A stretch of DNA of 64,000 nt, from contig NC_027218.1 in NCBI RefSeq assembly GCF_000981445.1, positions 1,674,001 to 1,738,000 of the forward strand, in the 5' to 3' direction. Under the pieces are notes generated by a model. That model did not search any database and had not been told where the DNA came from. It was given only the letters and a program-made list of their open reading frames with translations. The stretch comes from Babesia bigemina (Eukaryota). A program made the position numbers and the translations under genes. Below are positions 1 to 11,106 of the stretch, piece by piece; within the stretch, counting starts at the first letter, position 1, and each line of letters opens with the position of its first letter.

Positions 1-34
1 CACCTACATAGTAACACACATCAACGTCAAGTCG

Positions 35-290
35 CTAATAGAAGCCCCTGTAAGCCGCTGCACAGCGATTAGGCTGCGTTGTCAACGCGGAATTCCTTAC
101 CCATGCACAGCGCACCTGCTCCGAAGAGGGAGCTGAAAATACGATCGACAGGCCGCCCTTTGGCTCTACGAGCGCACGAGAAGGCGTAAACCGCGACTCC
201 GCTGAACAGCACGGTGCCGGTAACGCGGCAAAATGTGCAGTCTTCACTGCGCTTCTCTGCCGCCACGGATTCTACGGAGGAATTTTCCAT
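35..290 (-). CDS. Small membrane protein, DUF4536/DMAC1-like (2 exons, intron 58-100)
   Basis: MENSS...EDCTFCRVTGTVLFSGVAVYAF...GAGALCM|AAYRGFY*. The DCxxCR motif followed by two hydrophobic segments resembles DUF4536. A GT..AG intron joins the ORF pieces in frame. Confidence 0.6.
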
Positions 291-419
291 AAAGCCGCGG
301 AGACACACCCACAAGAGGAGGATGCGTGATCAAATCCACCTTCAAATCGACGGAGAAACTGCCGATAAACAAGAAGACACCGAGCTGGGCACAGAAGCAG
401 AGATTCTTAGGTCAGCGCA

Positions 420-1127
420 ATGATGGACAAGCACGATTCCGGCGTAACCAACGGAAGTAGGTGTCACAGCCCTGCGTTTACACAATAAATAATACTTTCT
501 CCCATGCTGTGTTGCAGCCGACCAGGACCCCGCCGCCCACAAACGACCTGCCGACGCTCTTCTCGGGGACCCGGAAACGACGGCACTGGCGCCGACCCGC
601 ACACTGAAAACACAGGGCGGTGTTCGAGTTTATAGTGAGTATAACTTTTCAAAGCAATATCGCGTTATCAGCTCACCAACCCAGTTCCGGCCTGGAGAAG
701 AAGAGCGTACACATAGACAGACCGGTAAGGTGGCAGCATCGTGGCGCACAGTCTGTTCTAGGAAACGACGTCGAGCGAGTTGGACGCGCGTCTGGAGGCA
801 GGCTCGCTAAACAAGACAGCTGAAGAAACGCCTACTGCCATAATTGACATCCCGAAAGAGCGTTTCGACATCTGCATACAAACTGCCGACCCCTGTCCGC
901 AGCTGATTGAGGACAACTCTGCGACCGAGCACGCCACTTCACCGAACGATGAGCTAGGTCTTCCGGCGTTGTCTGAGCTACCGAACGACATTCGTGAAGT
1001 TTTGGAGGCAGTCAGTTCCACATTGGAAGAGCTGTCGCAGGCCGTGAAACGCTTGGAAAGCACGCAAAAGGTCATCCTCAGGCGCGTGAAACGTAAAAGC
1101 AGCTACAACCAGTTCTTCCTCGACTGA
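420..1127 (+). CDS. Hypothetical protein with C-terminal coiled coil (about 4 exons)
   Basis: ORF 780-1127 has no ATG. Phase-compatible GT..AG introns (e.g. 725-761) link it to upstream exons starting at ATG 420/423. It contains the heptad-like stretch REVLEAVSSTLEELSQAVKRLE. Confidence 0.45.
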
Positions 1128-1355
1128 AGTAACGCAAGGATCGCATAGGGGGAGGCGAACTAGTGACATGAGCTTCTGAGCGGCAACGGATCTCAGCGTT
1201 AAAGGAGCACCCACTTCCCGGGGCGGAATGTAATCGCGCTGGGTGTGGAATACACGACGCTACTGTTTCGCGAACGAAAAATGAGCCCGTTCGTTCAAAT
1301 TTCGTAGCTGTTTTTTCGTAGTCGGACACGGAGCGACTTCGTCTGCGCCCTTAAC

Positions 1356-1700
1356 ATGGAGGGACACAAAATAGTTCTCTCGGACGATTTTTTACAAGAC
1401 TTCTGTCGCTCTAAAAACGCCTCGTACACCAAGACCCAGCCGGGTCGGAGCGACGAGGTCGAGAAACAGTGCCGCGGGTGGGAACACAGGCTGGCCAGGT
1501 GCCTAAACAGCTGCCAGGGCGTCATAAGCGCGAGCTGCCGGGCCTCGGAGGCTGAAGCTGGCGGCGAAACCCCGTCCGGCTACTTCAGGAAGGTGCTGGA
1601 GTGCAGCAAGGACTTCAGGGAGTACGAGGCGTGCATCCGGAGGAAGGACAAGTGGGACGCGAAGCCACAAACCGACCGCGACACCACGCACACGCAATGA
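1356..1700 (+). CDS. Small twin-CX9C (CHCH-like) protein
   Basis: 114-aa ORF with CRGWEHRLARC and CSKDFREYEAC, both CX9C, and GC3-biased codons. Confidence 0.6.
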   Translation: MEGHKIVLSDDFLQDFCRSKNASYTKTQPGRSDEVEKQCRGWEHRLARCLNSCQGVISASCRASEAEAGGETPSGYFRKVLECSKDFREYEACIRRKDKWDAKPQTDRDTTHTQ

Positions 1701-2364
1701 CCCATAAGTGGAGTCTTTACTAACATGAATGATAATACGTAGTGACCTGGCTGCAACCGCTACCACCGGTCTCTGCAGATGCCGCAGCAAAACGTAGACA
1801 CGTGATGAACGCACATACGACGGCTACACACGAGCGCTCTGCGGTGTCAGACGTTTCGCAAAAACATGGAAGATCGATGTGTAGGGTCGTGACTCAAGTG
1901 GCACGCGAGCGTAGCAACGTCCCGCGGTGAAGTGCCACTTCCTAAACGGGCGTGACAGCTCGGCATTCGCCGCCAGTTTAGCGTATGCGAAACCATACAC
2001 ATTGACGCGTATCGCAGGCGCGGAACTAAATATTTGTGCACAGCCGATCCAGCATCGAAGAAACTGGCGCAGCAGCTGCACATACTGAGTGTGATGGGGT
2101 GGTATCCACATGTGGAATCGCGCTAACTTCCCACGCACTACATTTCATTTTTGTCGACCGGTGGCTAAACCGCTGACACACGCAAACAAGCCGAATTTAT
2201 CGCCAAACTTCGGTTGCACATCGACGCGAGGGCTCCACCCTACTGAGTGTGCGGCGGGCAGGCAGAGACGGAAGACACGCGCGAGCGAACCCGTCATCGC
2301 CATTGCAAAACGAACTGCAAGAAAGGAGGCATTTGTACCGCGCAATTCCACGCACCAAAGCAAC

Positions 2365-4365
2365 ATGTTCGCCAAAAACTTCGTCACGGCGGCCGTGGCC
2401 GTTGCCGCAGGTCTGGTCCTGGCACACAGCCGCGTGGCCGTTGCCGACCCCGCGTCCGGAAAGGGTAAGCGAGGGCGCGACGTCAGCTCACACCGTGCAG
2501 TCGAGGGACCCATCATCGGTATCGACCTGGGTACCACCTACAGCTGTGTAGGTATCTACAAGAACGGCAGGGTGGAGATCATCACCAACGAGATGGGTAA
2601 CCGTATCACCCCCTCGTACGTCTCCTTCGTGGACGACATGACGAAGGTGGGAGAGGCCGCCAAGAGCGACGCGACCATCAACTACACGAACACGATCTTC
2701 GACGTCAAGAGGCTCATTGGGCGCAAGTTCAACGACAAGGAGGTGCAGAACGACATGAAGCTGCTACCGTACACCATCGTGAACAAGAGCGGGAGGCCGT
2801 ACATCCAGATCAAGGACAGCAACAAGACCAAGGACTACGCACCCGAGGAGATCAGCGCCATGGTGCTGAAGAAGATGAAGCAGATCGCGGAGAACTACCT
2901 CGGCAAGGAGGTGCACAAGGCCATCATCACCGTGCCCGCGTACTTCAACGACGCCCAGCGTCAGTCCACCAAGGACGCCGGTGCCATCGCCGGGCTGGAG
3001 GTGGTGCGCATCATCAACGAGCCCACCGCCGCCGCCATCGCCTACGGTATCGACCGCGCCACCGTGGAATCTAACATTTTGGTGTACGATCTCGGAGGTG
3101 GTACCTTCGATGTGTCTGTGCTGATGTTGGACTCCGGTGTGTTCGAGGTCATCGGTACCGCCGGTGACACCCACCTGGGTGGTGAGGACTTCGACAGGCG
3201 TGTGATGGACCACTTCATCAAGATCTTCAAGAAGAAGCACGGCGTGGACATCATGCAGGACAAGCAGGCCGTGCAGAAGCTGCGCAAGGAGGTCGAGGCC
3301 GCCAAGCGTACCCTGTCGTCCACCACCGAGACGACCATCGAGATCGAGAACCTCATCGACGGCATCGACTTCAGTGAGACCCTCACGAGGGCGAAGTTCG
3401 AGAGCCTCAACGAGGACCTGTTCGTGAAGACCCTCGACACCGTGAAGGACGTGCTCAAGACCATCCAGATGTCCAAGAGCGAGATCCAGAAGGTCGTGCT
3501 CATCGGAGGTTCGACCCGTATCCCCAAGATCAGGAAGATGATCGAGGAGTTCTTCGGCAAGGAGCCCGACTACGGAATCAACCCCGACGAGGCCGTCGCT
3601 TACGGTGCCGCCATGCAGGGTGGTGTGCTATCTGGCGAGTCTACGCACGATGTGCTGTTGCTAGATGTGTGCCCACTTTCGCTCGGTATCGAGACCGTGG
3701 GAGGCGTTATGTCCGTGATTATCGAGAGGAACTCGCTGCTGCCCGCCCACAAGTCGCAGATCTTCTCCACCTCCTCCGACAACCAGACCACCGTCACCAT
3801 CCAGGTGTACCAGGGTCAGCGTACCATGACGAAGGACAACACCCACTTGGGCAAGTTCGACCTCACCGGAATCCCTCCGGCACCTAGGGGCGTCCCCCAG
3901 ATCGAGGTCACCTTCGACGTCGACACCAACGGTATCCTCAGCGTGTCCGCCGAGGAGAAGGGCAGTGGGAAGAAGCGCAACATCGTCATCACCCCCGACA
4001 AGGGCCGCCTCTCGCCCGAGGAAATCGAGCGCATGATCAAGGACGCCGAGGCCAACGCCGAGAAGGACAAGGAGATTTTCGAGAAGGTTCAGAGCAGGCA
4101 GGCGCTCGAGGTCTACCTCGACTCGATGAAGAAGACGGTGCAAGACAAGGACAAGCTCGGGCAGAAGATTGAGGAGGACGACAAGGACATCATCCTCAAG
4201 GCGATCGCCGAGGCCGAGACGTGGATTCTGCAACACCCCGACGCTGACGCCGAGGAGAACACCGACAAGCAGCGCGAGGTCGAGGCTGTCTGCAACCCCA
4301 TCATCAGCAAGCTTTACAGTTCCGGAGAGCAGGCTGATGACAGCGGTTACAGCGACGAGCTCTGA
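2365..4365 (+). CDS. BiP: ER Hsp70 chaperone BiP/GRP78
   Basis: Signal peptide from [13 protein letters not shown]. Hsp70 signatures [21 protein letters not shown] and [12 protein letters not shown]-terminal ER-retention SDEL. Intronless. Confidence 0.97.
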   Translation: MFAKNFVTAAVAVAAGLVLAHSRVAVADPASGKGKRGRDVSSHRAVEGPIIGIDLGTTYSCVGIYKNGRVEIITNEMGNRITPSYVSFVDDMTKVGEAAKSDATINYTNTIFDVKRLIGRKFNDKEVQNDMKLLPYTIVNKSGRPYIQIKDSNKTKDYAPEEISAMVLKKMKQIAENYLGKEVHKAIITVPAYFNDAQRQSTKDAGAIAGLEVVRIINEPTAAAIAYGIDRATVESNILVYDLGGGTFDVSVLMLDSGVFEVIGTAGDTHLGGEDFDRRVMDHFIKIFKKKHGVDIMQDKQAVQKLRKEVEAAKRTLSSTTETTIEIENLIDGIDFSETLTRAKFESLNEDLFVKTLDTVKDVLKTIQMSKSEIQKVVLIGGSTRIPKIRKMIEEFFGKEPDYGINPDEAVAYGAAMQGGVLSGESTHDVLLLDVCPLSLGIETVGGVMSVIIERNSLLPAHKSQIFSTSSDNQTTVTIQVYQGQRTMTKDNTHLGKFDLTGIPPAPRGVPQIEVTFDVDTNGILSVSAEEKGSGKKRNIVITPDKGRLSPEEIERMIKDAEANAEKDKEIFEKVQSRQALEVYLDSMKKTVQDKDKLGQKIEEDDKDIILKAIAEAETWILQHPDADAEENTDKQREVEAVCNPIISKLYSSGEQADDSGYSDEL

Positions 4366-4629
4366 AACACGCCACGAATAATATAAATTTAGCTGTCCGG
4401 TGCGCGCTGTGGGGCCGTAGTCGACTGCCGGTGTGTCGTGTCACAGGCGTTATTAGCACATCTAACAGCATCTACCCGCTAAGCGGACATGAAATTAGCT
4501 GGGAGGGGCTGGAGAATATGTCTGGGTTGGAACTTTTTATGCTCGGGATTCCCCAAGGGTGTGCCACCTAGGCCAGAGAACTCCGAGGATATATACGCCC
4601 TCCCGCAGCCCTATTTACGCGACAATCAA

Positions 4630-5754
4630 ATGCAGCAAGAAGAGCAACCAGTGGTGACCGTCGTTGCACTGCAAGAGGATAGCGGCCCGGGCGCGCGGAG
4701 CGACATCCACCCAGAACAACCTACAATGGACGTAGACACGGATAAACGGTCTACGTATCCCAATGTGGACTTGCCAATTATTCTCCCCAAATACTACGCC
4801 GATGTCAACACTAAGAAGGGCCCAGATTACTGGGACTACGAGAACATCACGCTTATGTGGAACGTCCCTAACAACTACGAGATCGTGCGCAAAATCGGCA
4901 GGGGGAAGTACAGCGAGGTGTTTGAGGGCACCAACGTGCTCACGAAGGAGAGGATCGTAATAAAGATCCTCAAACCGCTCAAGAAGAAGAAGATCAAGCG
5001 TGAAATCAAGATTCTGCAGAACCTCAGCGGGGGCCCCAACATCATCAAGCTGCTGGACATCGTTAAGGACCCGCAGAGCAGGACTCCGTCGCTGATTTTC
5101 GAGTATGTCAACAACACTGATTTCAAGATTCTGTACCCGATGTTGTCCCTGGCCGACATCAAGTACTACATGTACCAGCTGCTAAAGGCGGTCGACTACG
5201 CGCACAGCCAGGGTATCATGCACCGGGACGTCAAGCCGCACAACGTCATGATAGACCACGAAAAGCGCGAGTTGAGGCTCATCGACTGGGGCCTCGCGGA
5301 GTTCTACCACCCGGAGCAGGAGTACAACGTCAGGGTGGCGAGCAGGTACTACAAGGGCCCGGAGCTGCTTGTGGACATGAAGCTCTACGACTACAGCCTG
5401 GACATCTGGAGCATCGGCTGTATGCTGGCGGGCATGATTTTCAAAAAGGAGCCCTTCTTCTACGGGCACGACAACTACGACCAGCTCGTCAAAATCGCCA
5501 AGGTCCTCGGAACCGACGACCTGCACGCCTACTTCGAGAAGTACGGACTGAAAATGGCGCCCGTGTACGAAGAGATTCTCGGCACATACCCCCGCAAACC
5601 CTGGTCGAAGTTCATCAATGCGGAGAACCAGCACCTCTGCGTCCCGGAGGCCATCGACCTGCTCGACAAAATGTTAGTCTACGATCACACGATGCGGATC
5701 ACACCCAAAGATGCCATGCTCCACCCATTCTTCAAGGGGGTCGCCGAAGAGTAA
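4630..5754 (+). CDS. CK2a: Casein kinase II catalytic alpha subunit
   Basis: [52 protein letters not shown]. The start is uncertain (ATG 4489, 4630 or 4726). Confidence 0.95.
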   Translation: MQQEEQPVVTVVALQEDSGPGARSDIHPEQPTMDVDTDKRSTYPNVDLPIILPKYYADVNTKKGPDYWDYENITLMWNVPNNYEIVRKIGRGKYSEVFEGTNVLTKERIVIKILKPLKKKKIKREIKILQNLSGGPNIIKLLDIVKDPQSRTPSLIFEYVNNTDFKILYPMLSLADIKYYMYQLLKAVDYAHSQGIMHRDVKPHNVMIDHEKRELRLIDWGLAEFYHPEQEYNVRVASRYYKGPELLVDMKLYDYSLDIWSIGCMLAGMIFKKEPFFYGHDNYDQLVKIAKVLGTDDLHAYFEKYGLKMAPVYEEILGTYPRKPWSKFINAENQHLCVPEAIDLLDKMLVYDHTMRITPKDAMLHPFFKGVAEE

Positions 5755-5917
5755 TCGCACGTCTCCGGCTGTGGACTGGAACATGAGAACATGTAGCTGT
5801 ACGCTTGTTATTGTAACGTAAAATGCGTGACTAAATTTTCCCGAAGTGGCGCGGGGCGCTGTGAGGCGGCGTGGCAGCGGGGCCTGTCACTTCACTTTTC
5901 TCTTACACACCGGCAAC

Positions 5918-7160
5918 ATGGTCACGCGCTCAATCGTCAGATTTCTGGGCAACAGGGTAGGGCCAACTTTTACCGCACATCACGCGAAGGCCGTCTACCG
6001 ACGCGGTCCTGGGCGGAGGACCTTCTCCTCCGGAGCGAGCGTCTACGTGGACAAAAACACCAAGATTATATGCCAGGGCCTCACCGGTAAACAGGTATGT
6101 ATTTTAAAGACGGGATGAACGGCTTTGCCATGCTAATTTGAGCTAGTTGCGATGCAATAACCAAGCTTCCACTTGTCTCTGATCTTAAACTTTGCACCGA
6201 ACATCGCTCTCAGGGCTCCTTCCACGCCTCGGAATGCCTGAAGTACTACGGGACGAAGTTTGTGGGCGGCGTCAACCCGAACAAGGCCGGTACCATGTGG
6301 CGGTGTAACGACGACAAGCACTCGCTGCCCGTGTATGCCACCGTCAGCGACGCCAAGAAGGAGACGGGGGCCGACGCCACGGTCATATTCGTGCCGCCGC
6401 CGCGCGCGGCAGGCTCGATCGTGGAGGCAATCGAGGCCGAGATGCCGCTCATCATCTGCATCACGGAGGGCATCCCGCAACACGACATGATCAAGGTCAA
6501 GAACATGCTCAAGGACCCCGCCTGCAAGTCGACGCTCATCGGCCCGAACTGCCCCGGCATCATCAAGCCCGAGGAGTGCAAGATCGGCATCATGCCGGGG
6601 CACATCCACAAGAGGGGCAGCATCGGCATCGTCAGCAGGAGTGGGACGCTCACGTACGAAGCTGTGACGCAAACAAGCAGCAACGGCCTCGGGCAGTCAG
6701 TGTGTGTGGGAATAGGAGGAGACCCGTTCGGCGGAATCACCTTCACCGACGTGCTGAAGAAGTTCGTGGCGGACCCGCAGACCAAGGGTGAGTGTCTGCG
6801 CAACTGTCAGCAACGGACACCAGCAACGAAACGTGCTGGCGTATATACGCACTTGTGTCTTCTGTGATGGCTTCCGCTAATACTGACGCAGGAATCATGC
6901 TCATTGGTGAGATTGGCGGCAGCGCCGAGGAGGACGCGGCCGAGTGGATCAAGGCGAATCCGACAGACAAGCCAATAGTCGCTCTCATCGCAGGCACATG
7001 TGCACCGCCAGGGAGGAGGATGGGCCACGCCGGAGCTATAGTCAGCGGAAACACCGGAACGGCGGTCGGCAAGATCAAGGCGCTCCAGGAGGCCGGGGTC
7101 CTGGTCGCCGAAACGCCCGCACTACTAGGCGCTACCATGAAACAGGCGCTGGCAAAATGA
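5918..7160 (+). CDS. SUCLG1: Succinyl-CoA ligase alpha subunit, mitochondrial (3 exons; introns 6095-6213, 6788-6891)
   Basis: [35 protein letters not shown], and the phospho-His motif RMGHAGAI. Arg-rich N-terminal presequence. Confidence 0.95.
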
Positions 7161-7173
7161 ACATTTTTTTAAG

Positions 7174-8962
7174 ATGACCAAACGCAAAACCTATGAGGCC
7201 GAAAGGGCCTTCATTGAGCCGTACCCGGCGGCTAGACACATGTACCGCGTCAGGAAGGGCTTCGTGCCCGGAATGAACGTCGAGGGATACGTGTTCGCCA
7301 ACGATAACCTAGCTAAGCTGCTTTTCCAGGAGCTGCAGCAGTACAGCACCGACGCGGGCACGTTCCTTCCGGCGCTGAAACAGCTGGCCAACGTGGCGGC
7401 GTTGCCGGGGATCGTGAAGGGGAGCATCGCGCTCCCGGACGCACATTCAGGTAATCTGCCTCGAACCAGCGTACACTGCGGTGCAGGGTATGGATTCTCA
7501 ATCGGGAACGTCGCGGCGTTCGACATCAACGACCCCGACGCCGTGGTCTCGCCGGGCGGGGTGGGCTTCGACATCAACTGCGGAGTCCGGCTCCTCCGCA
7601 CCAACCTGACCCTTAAGGATGTAGAGCCCGTTAAAGAGCAGCTCGTGCAGTCGATGTTCGACCACATCCCCGTCGGGGTCGGATCGCAGGGTATGATACC
7701 ATGCACGAACGCGGGTACGTGCGCTGCCGCGCCAACCAATCACGTCCGTGCGCAGCGCTCAACGAGATCCTGGAGTACGGCATGGACTGGACGGTCATGC
7801 AGGGGTACTCCTGGGCGGAGGACAAGGAGCACTGTGAGGAGTTCGGGAGGATGATCCAGGCGGACGCCACCACGGTTTCCTCCAGGGCCAAGAAAAGGGG
7901 GCTTCCGCAGATGGGGACGCTCGGAGCAGGCAACCACTACGCCGAAATACAGGTGAGGACGTCTGGTTTGTCTGAAGCATGCGCCGACGCAGGTTGTCGA
8001 AGAGATATACGACAAGTACGCCGCAAAGGTCATGGGAATCGACCAAGTCAACCAAATTTGCGTCATGATACATTCCGGAAGCAGGGGGCTGGGGCACCAA
8101 GTGGCCACCGACGCCCTCATCGACATGGAGGCGTCGCCCAGCGCATCCAGCATCAAGGTGCTTGATAAGCAGTTGTCGTGCGCGAAGATAAACTCGGACG
8201 AGGGCATCAAGTACCTAAAGGCAATGGCAGCCGCGTCGAACTACGCATGGGTCAACAGGAGCGCCATCACGTTCCTCATGCGGCAGGCTTTCTCAAAGAC
8301 GTTTGGGCAAACGCCGGATGACCTCGACATGCACCTCATATACGACGTCTCGCACAATATCGCAAAGGTGGAAGTGGGTCCCTGCAGGCGCGTTTCTATA
8401 GGTTGCAGGAGCATATGGTGGATGGCAAATGCAAGACTCTGCTCGTGCACCGGAAGGGCTCCACGAGGGCCTTCGGCCCGCTACATCCTCTGGTCCCCGC
8501 CGACTACCAACTCGTTGGCCAGCCGGTGCTAGTGGGGGGCACGATGGGCACGTGCTCGTACGTGCTCACCGGCACTGAGCTTGCTATGGACCTCACCTTC
8601 GGGTCCACGTGCCACGGGGCAGGTGAGAACAACGTGCGGCCATACGCCAACATGAGCACGCAGGACGCGCCCTGAGCAGGAACAAAAGCAGGCACACGCT
8701 GGACTACAAGGATGTGTTGAACAACTTGTACGAGAAAGGGATCTCCGTAAGTCCGGCCAAACTGCGTTTTAAGTTCTGCAGATCAGAGTTGCCTCACCCA
8801 ACCTCATATCGGAGGAGGCGCCGGAATCTTACAAGGACGTCACCGAAGTTGTGCAGGTGAGACAAGCTCCTAACGGCGTAATGTAATTCTTAGACCTGCC
8901 ACGAGGCAGGAATCTCGAAGAAATGCGTCAAGCTGAGGCCGATCGCTGTTATTAAGGGGTGA
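7174..8962 (+). CDS. RTCB: RNA-splicing ligase RtcB (about 8 exons)
   Basis: [44 protein letters not shown] and the terminal [10 protein letters not shown]. Seven short GT..AG introns restore the frame. Confidence 0.95.
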
Positions 8963-9458
8963 CGGACCAAAGCGTCGTCGTGACACCCGTACACATCGCA
9001 CCGCATGATCGACACGGCTCACCCAAGCCAGCAAACTTCGTGTAGTTTAAGTAATATGGGCTGTGATATATGGGCGCATCCGGCGCGGCGAAATGGCTGT
9101 CTTCCCCCTTTTTCCCCACGGGAAGAGCAAACAGCGTCGTCGAGCCATGGAAGGTCGGGTCACACCGTTAAATTTCCAATCTTTGTATATCAGCGATTCA
9201 GGGTCGCTGTATATGACAACGAAGCCTTGACTCGTAGTCGAAACTTTACCGCTGCCGTACTCGGTGTGCACAGCACTCGAAGCTAGCGCAGTGTAAAATC
9301 GGCACCGTGATTTGCGGCTTCATCAAATTGGAAAGGACGTTCGTTAGATTTGAACGACGGTAGCTGTTGTGTGAGCATTTCTGTCTGCCTAATGCTTAAA
9401 AAATTCGTACGGTAGATCGCGGCTCGTAACGGCGTGACTCGACATATACGCATCAAAA

Positions 9459-10299
9459 ATGGCGTTCAACTACACGAAGGCTTTAGTCGTGAGCGGTAAG
9501 CGTAACCTTCTACGACCGCATTGCACATCCACCTTAGGTGCGGCGGCCGCGCTGGCGTATGTGGTCTACTATTTCATAAAGGAGGCGAATGACGAGGAAG
9601 AAGAAGAAGGGGACCTCTACAAGGGAGAATCACGGACTATATTGTCAAAGCCATCCGCAAACTTAGAAGGGATGACTCGCATGGATGTGCTTAATCTGCT
9701 AAAGAAAATCATGCAGAGCCAGGAAAAGGCGAAGACAATGCTGCGTTCATTGGTGCAAGAAATCATAGACAACGACTTCAGCGAAACCGTGGATGGCCTG
9801 TATCGCCGTATAGTGAACGACGTCCCCGTTGACCCTTTGAAGTCTAAAGGCCTCACTTTGCTAGACCTCGACTACCTTGTGGAGAGGTACCAAGGCGACT
9901 ATGAAATCCGCACGCAAATCATCGAAATGATCAGCCAACCGGCAGCGGAGCAGGAAGAAGATGACGTCGACATACCGAGCGAAGTAGTAATTTCCATCTA
10001 CGAGTATATGCTTGCGGAGCTGCAAGGTCTGCAGACTAGGCAGCAACCCATGACCACGTTGCCAGACCTCAACGTCAGCGCCGCAAGCCTGGCAGTGCAG
10101 GCTATAATTGCCGCAAAGGTCCAGAAGAAGTTCGGATACACCCCGGTGCAGGTCGACCGCTCCGTCACGAGGAACCAGGCAGAACTGGGCATGAGCAACA
10201 AGTTCGCACGCCTCGCCATTCAGATACAAAGTGAAATGACGGATCTCACTGGGTAAGTTTAGAATCCTAATTCGCAAATGTCGCAGCAGCGCGTGCTGA
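9459..10299 (+). CDS. Hypothetical membrane-anchored protein (probably 3 exons)
   Basis: Long ORF with an N-terminal hydrophobic segment (AAAALAYVVYYFI), an acidic patch and a helical body. Putative introns near 9496-9537 and 10253-10286. Confidence 0.65.
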
Positions 10300-11106
10300 T
10301 ACCCGCACAGAGCAAGACGACCGTTGGATACCTAAAGCACGACCGATGTTATGCAGGAGTAAATCCTCGTCATGGCATTGTATAGTGTTCTATCTGGCTA
10401 CGTGAATACGGCATGTTTACGATTGTACCAGTCTTATGCCTCATGATGCTGGTGTTGGCTGCTGTTTCCGCGTCGTAATATTGTTGAGCGCGTTGGATAC
10501 CCTCCTTGACGGCACCCATCTTGTCTTTGCGCTAGGCTAATTCACAGGCTAATAATATCCTCTGAATTTCATATACGTCGCCACTTAAGGTGTTACATTG
10601 AGATGCATCAATTGATTGAACATTTCCCCTTTTATCTTTTTCATCATGCTCTCATGTTCACTCCCACGTTGCGTCGCCACGTCCACCAATTTGCCTTGGC
10701 GACACTTGTTTGCACAATAATTGTGATATTGTTACCCCTATTGTATCAGATTGGTTGCGCTTCCTGGAAGTGGGCAGAAGCTTATGTTCAGGTAAAGAGC
10801 GGCCCATCTGAGTCTGATTGTAGTGTCATTATAGCAAGGGTGGTTTCACCAGTGTATTGACACATGGAGTCTGTGATCTAACCAATAAGCGTCGATGAAT
10901 ATTCCAGTTGCAGCCGTGGATGAAAATTCCTTTGCAACCTGGACGCCAGCTACGGCGATGAAATTTTAGGTTGCCCTCACTTCCCGACAAAATTACAGAG
11001 TATTAATTCTGCTTTAATTTCATTAATCCATAGCGTGCATCTTTTGGTATCATGTGTTTCTATGTAGGTTAATCTTTATTGATTGTATGACGCAAAAGGC
11101 CTAACC

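Noticed and set aside
2110..2364. 85-aa N-terminal extension of BiP in the ORF track
   Set aside because: The signal peptide begins at ATG 2365, so the upstream part is probably 5' UTR.
2365..8962. BiP near RtcB as a possible unfolded-protein-response cluster
   Set aside because: Unrelated genes lie between them, and apicomplexans are not known to use IRE1/XBP1 splicing. The proximity is probably incidental.
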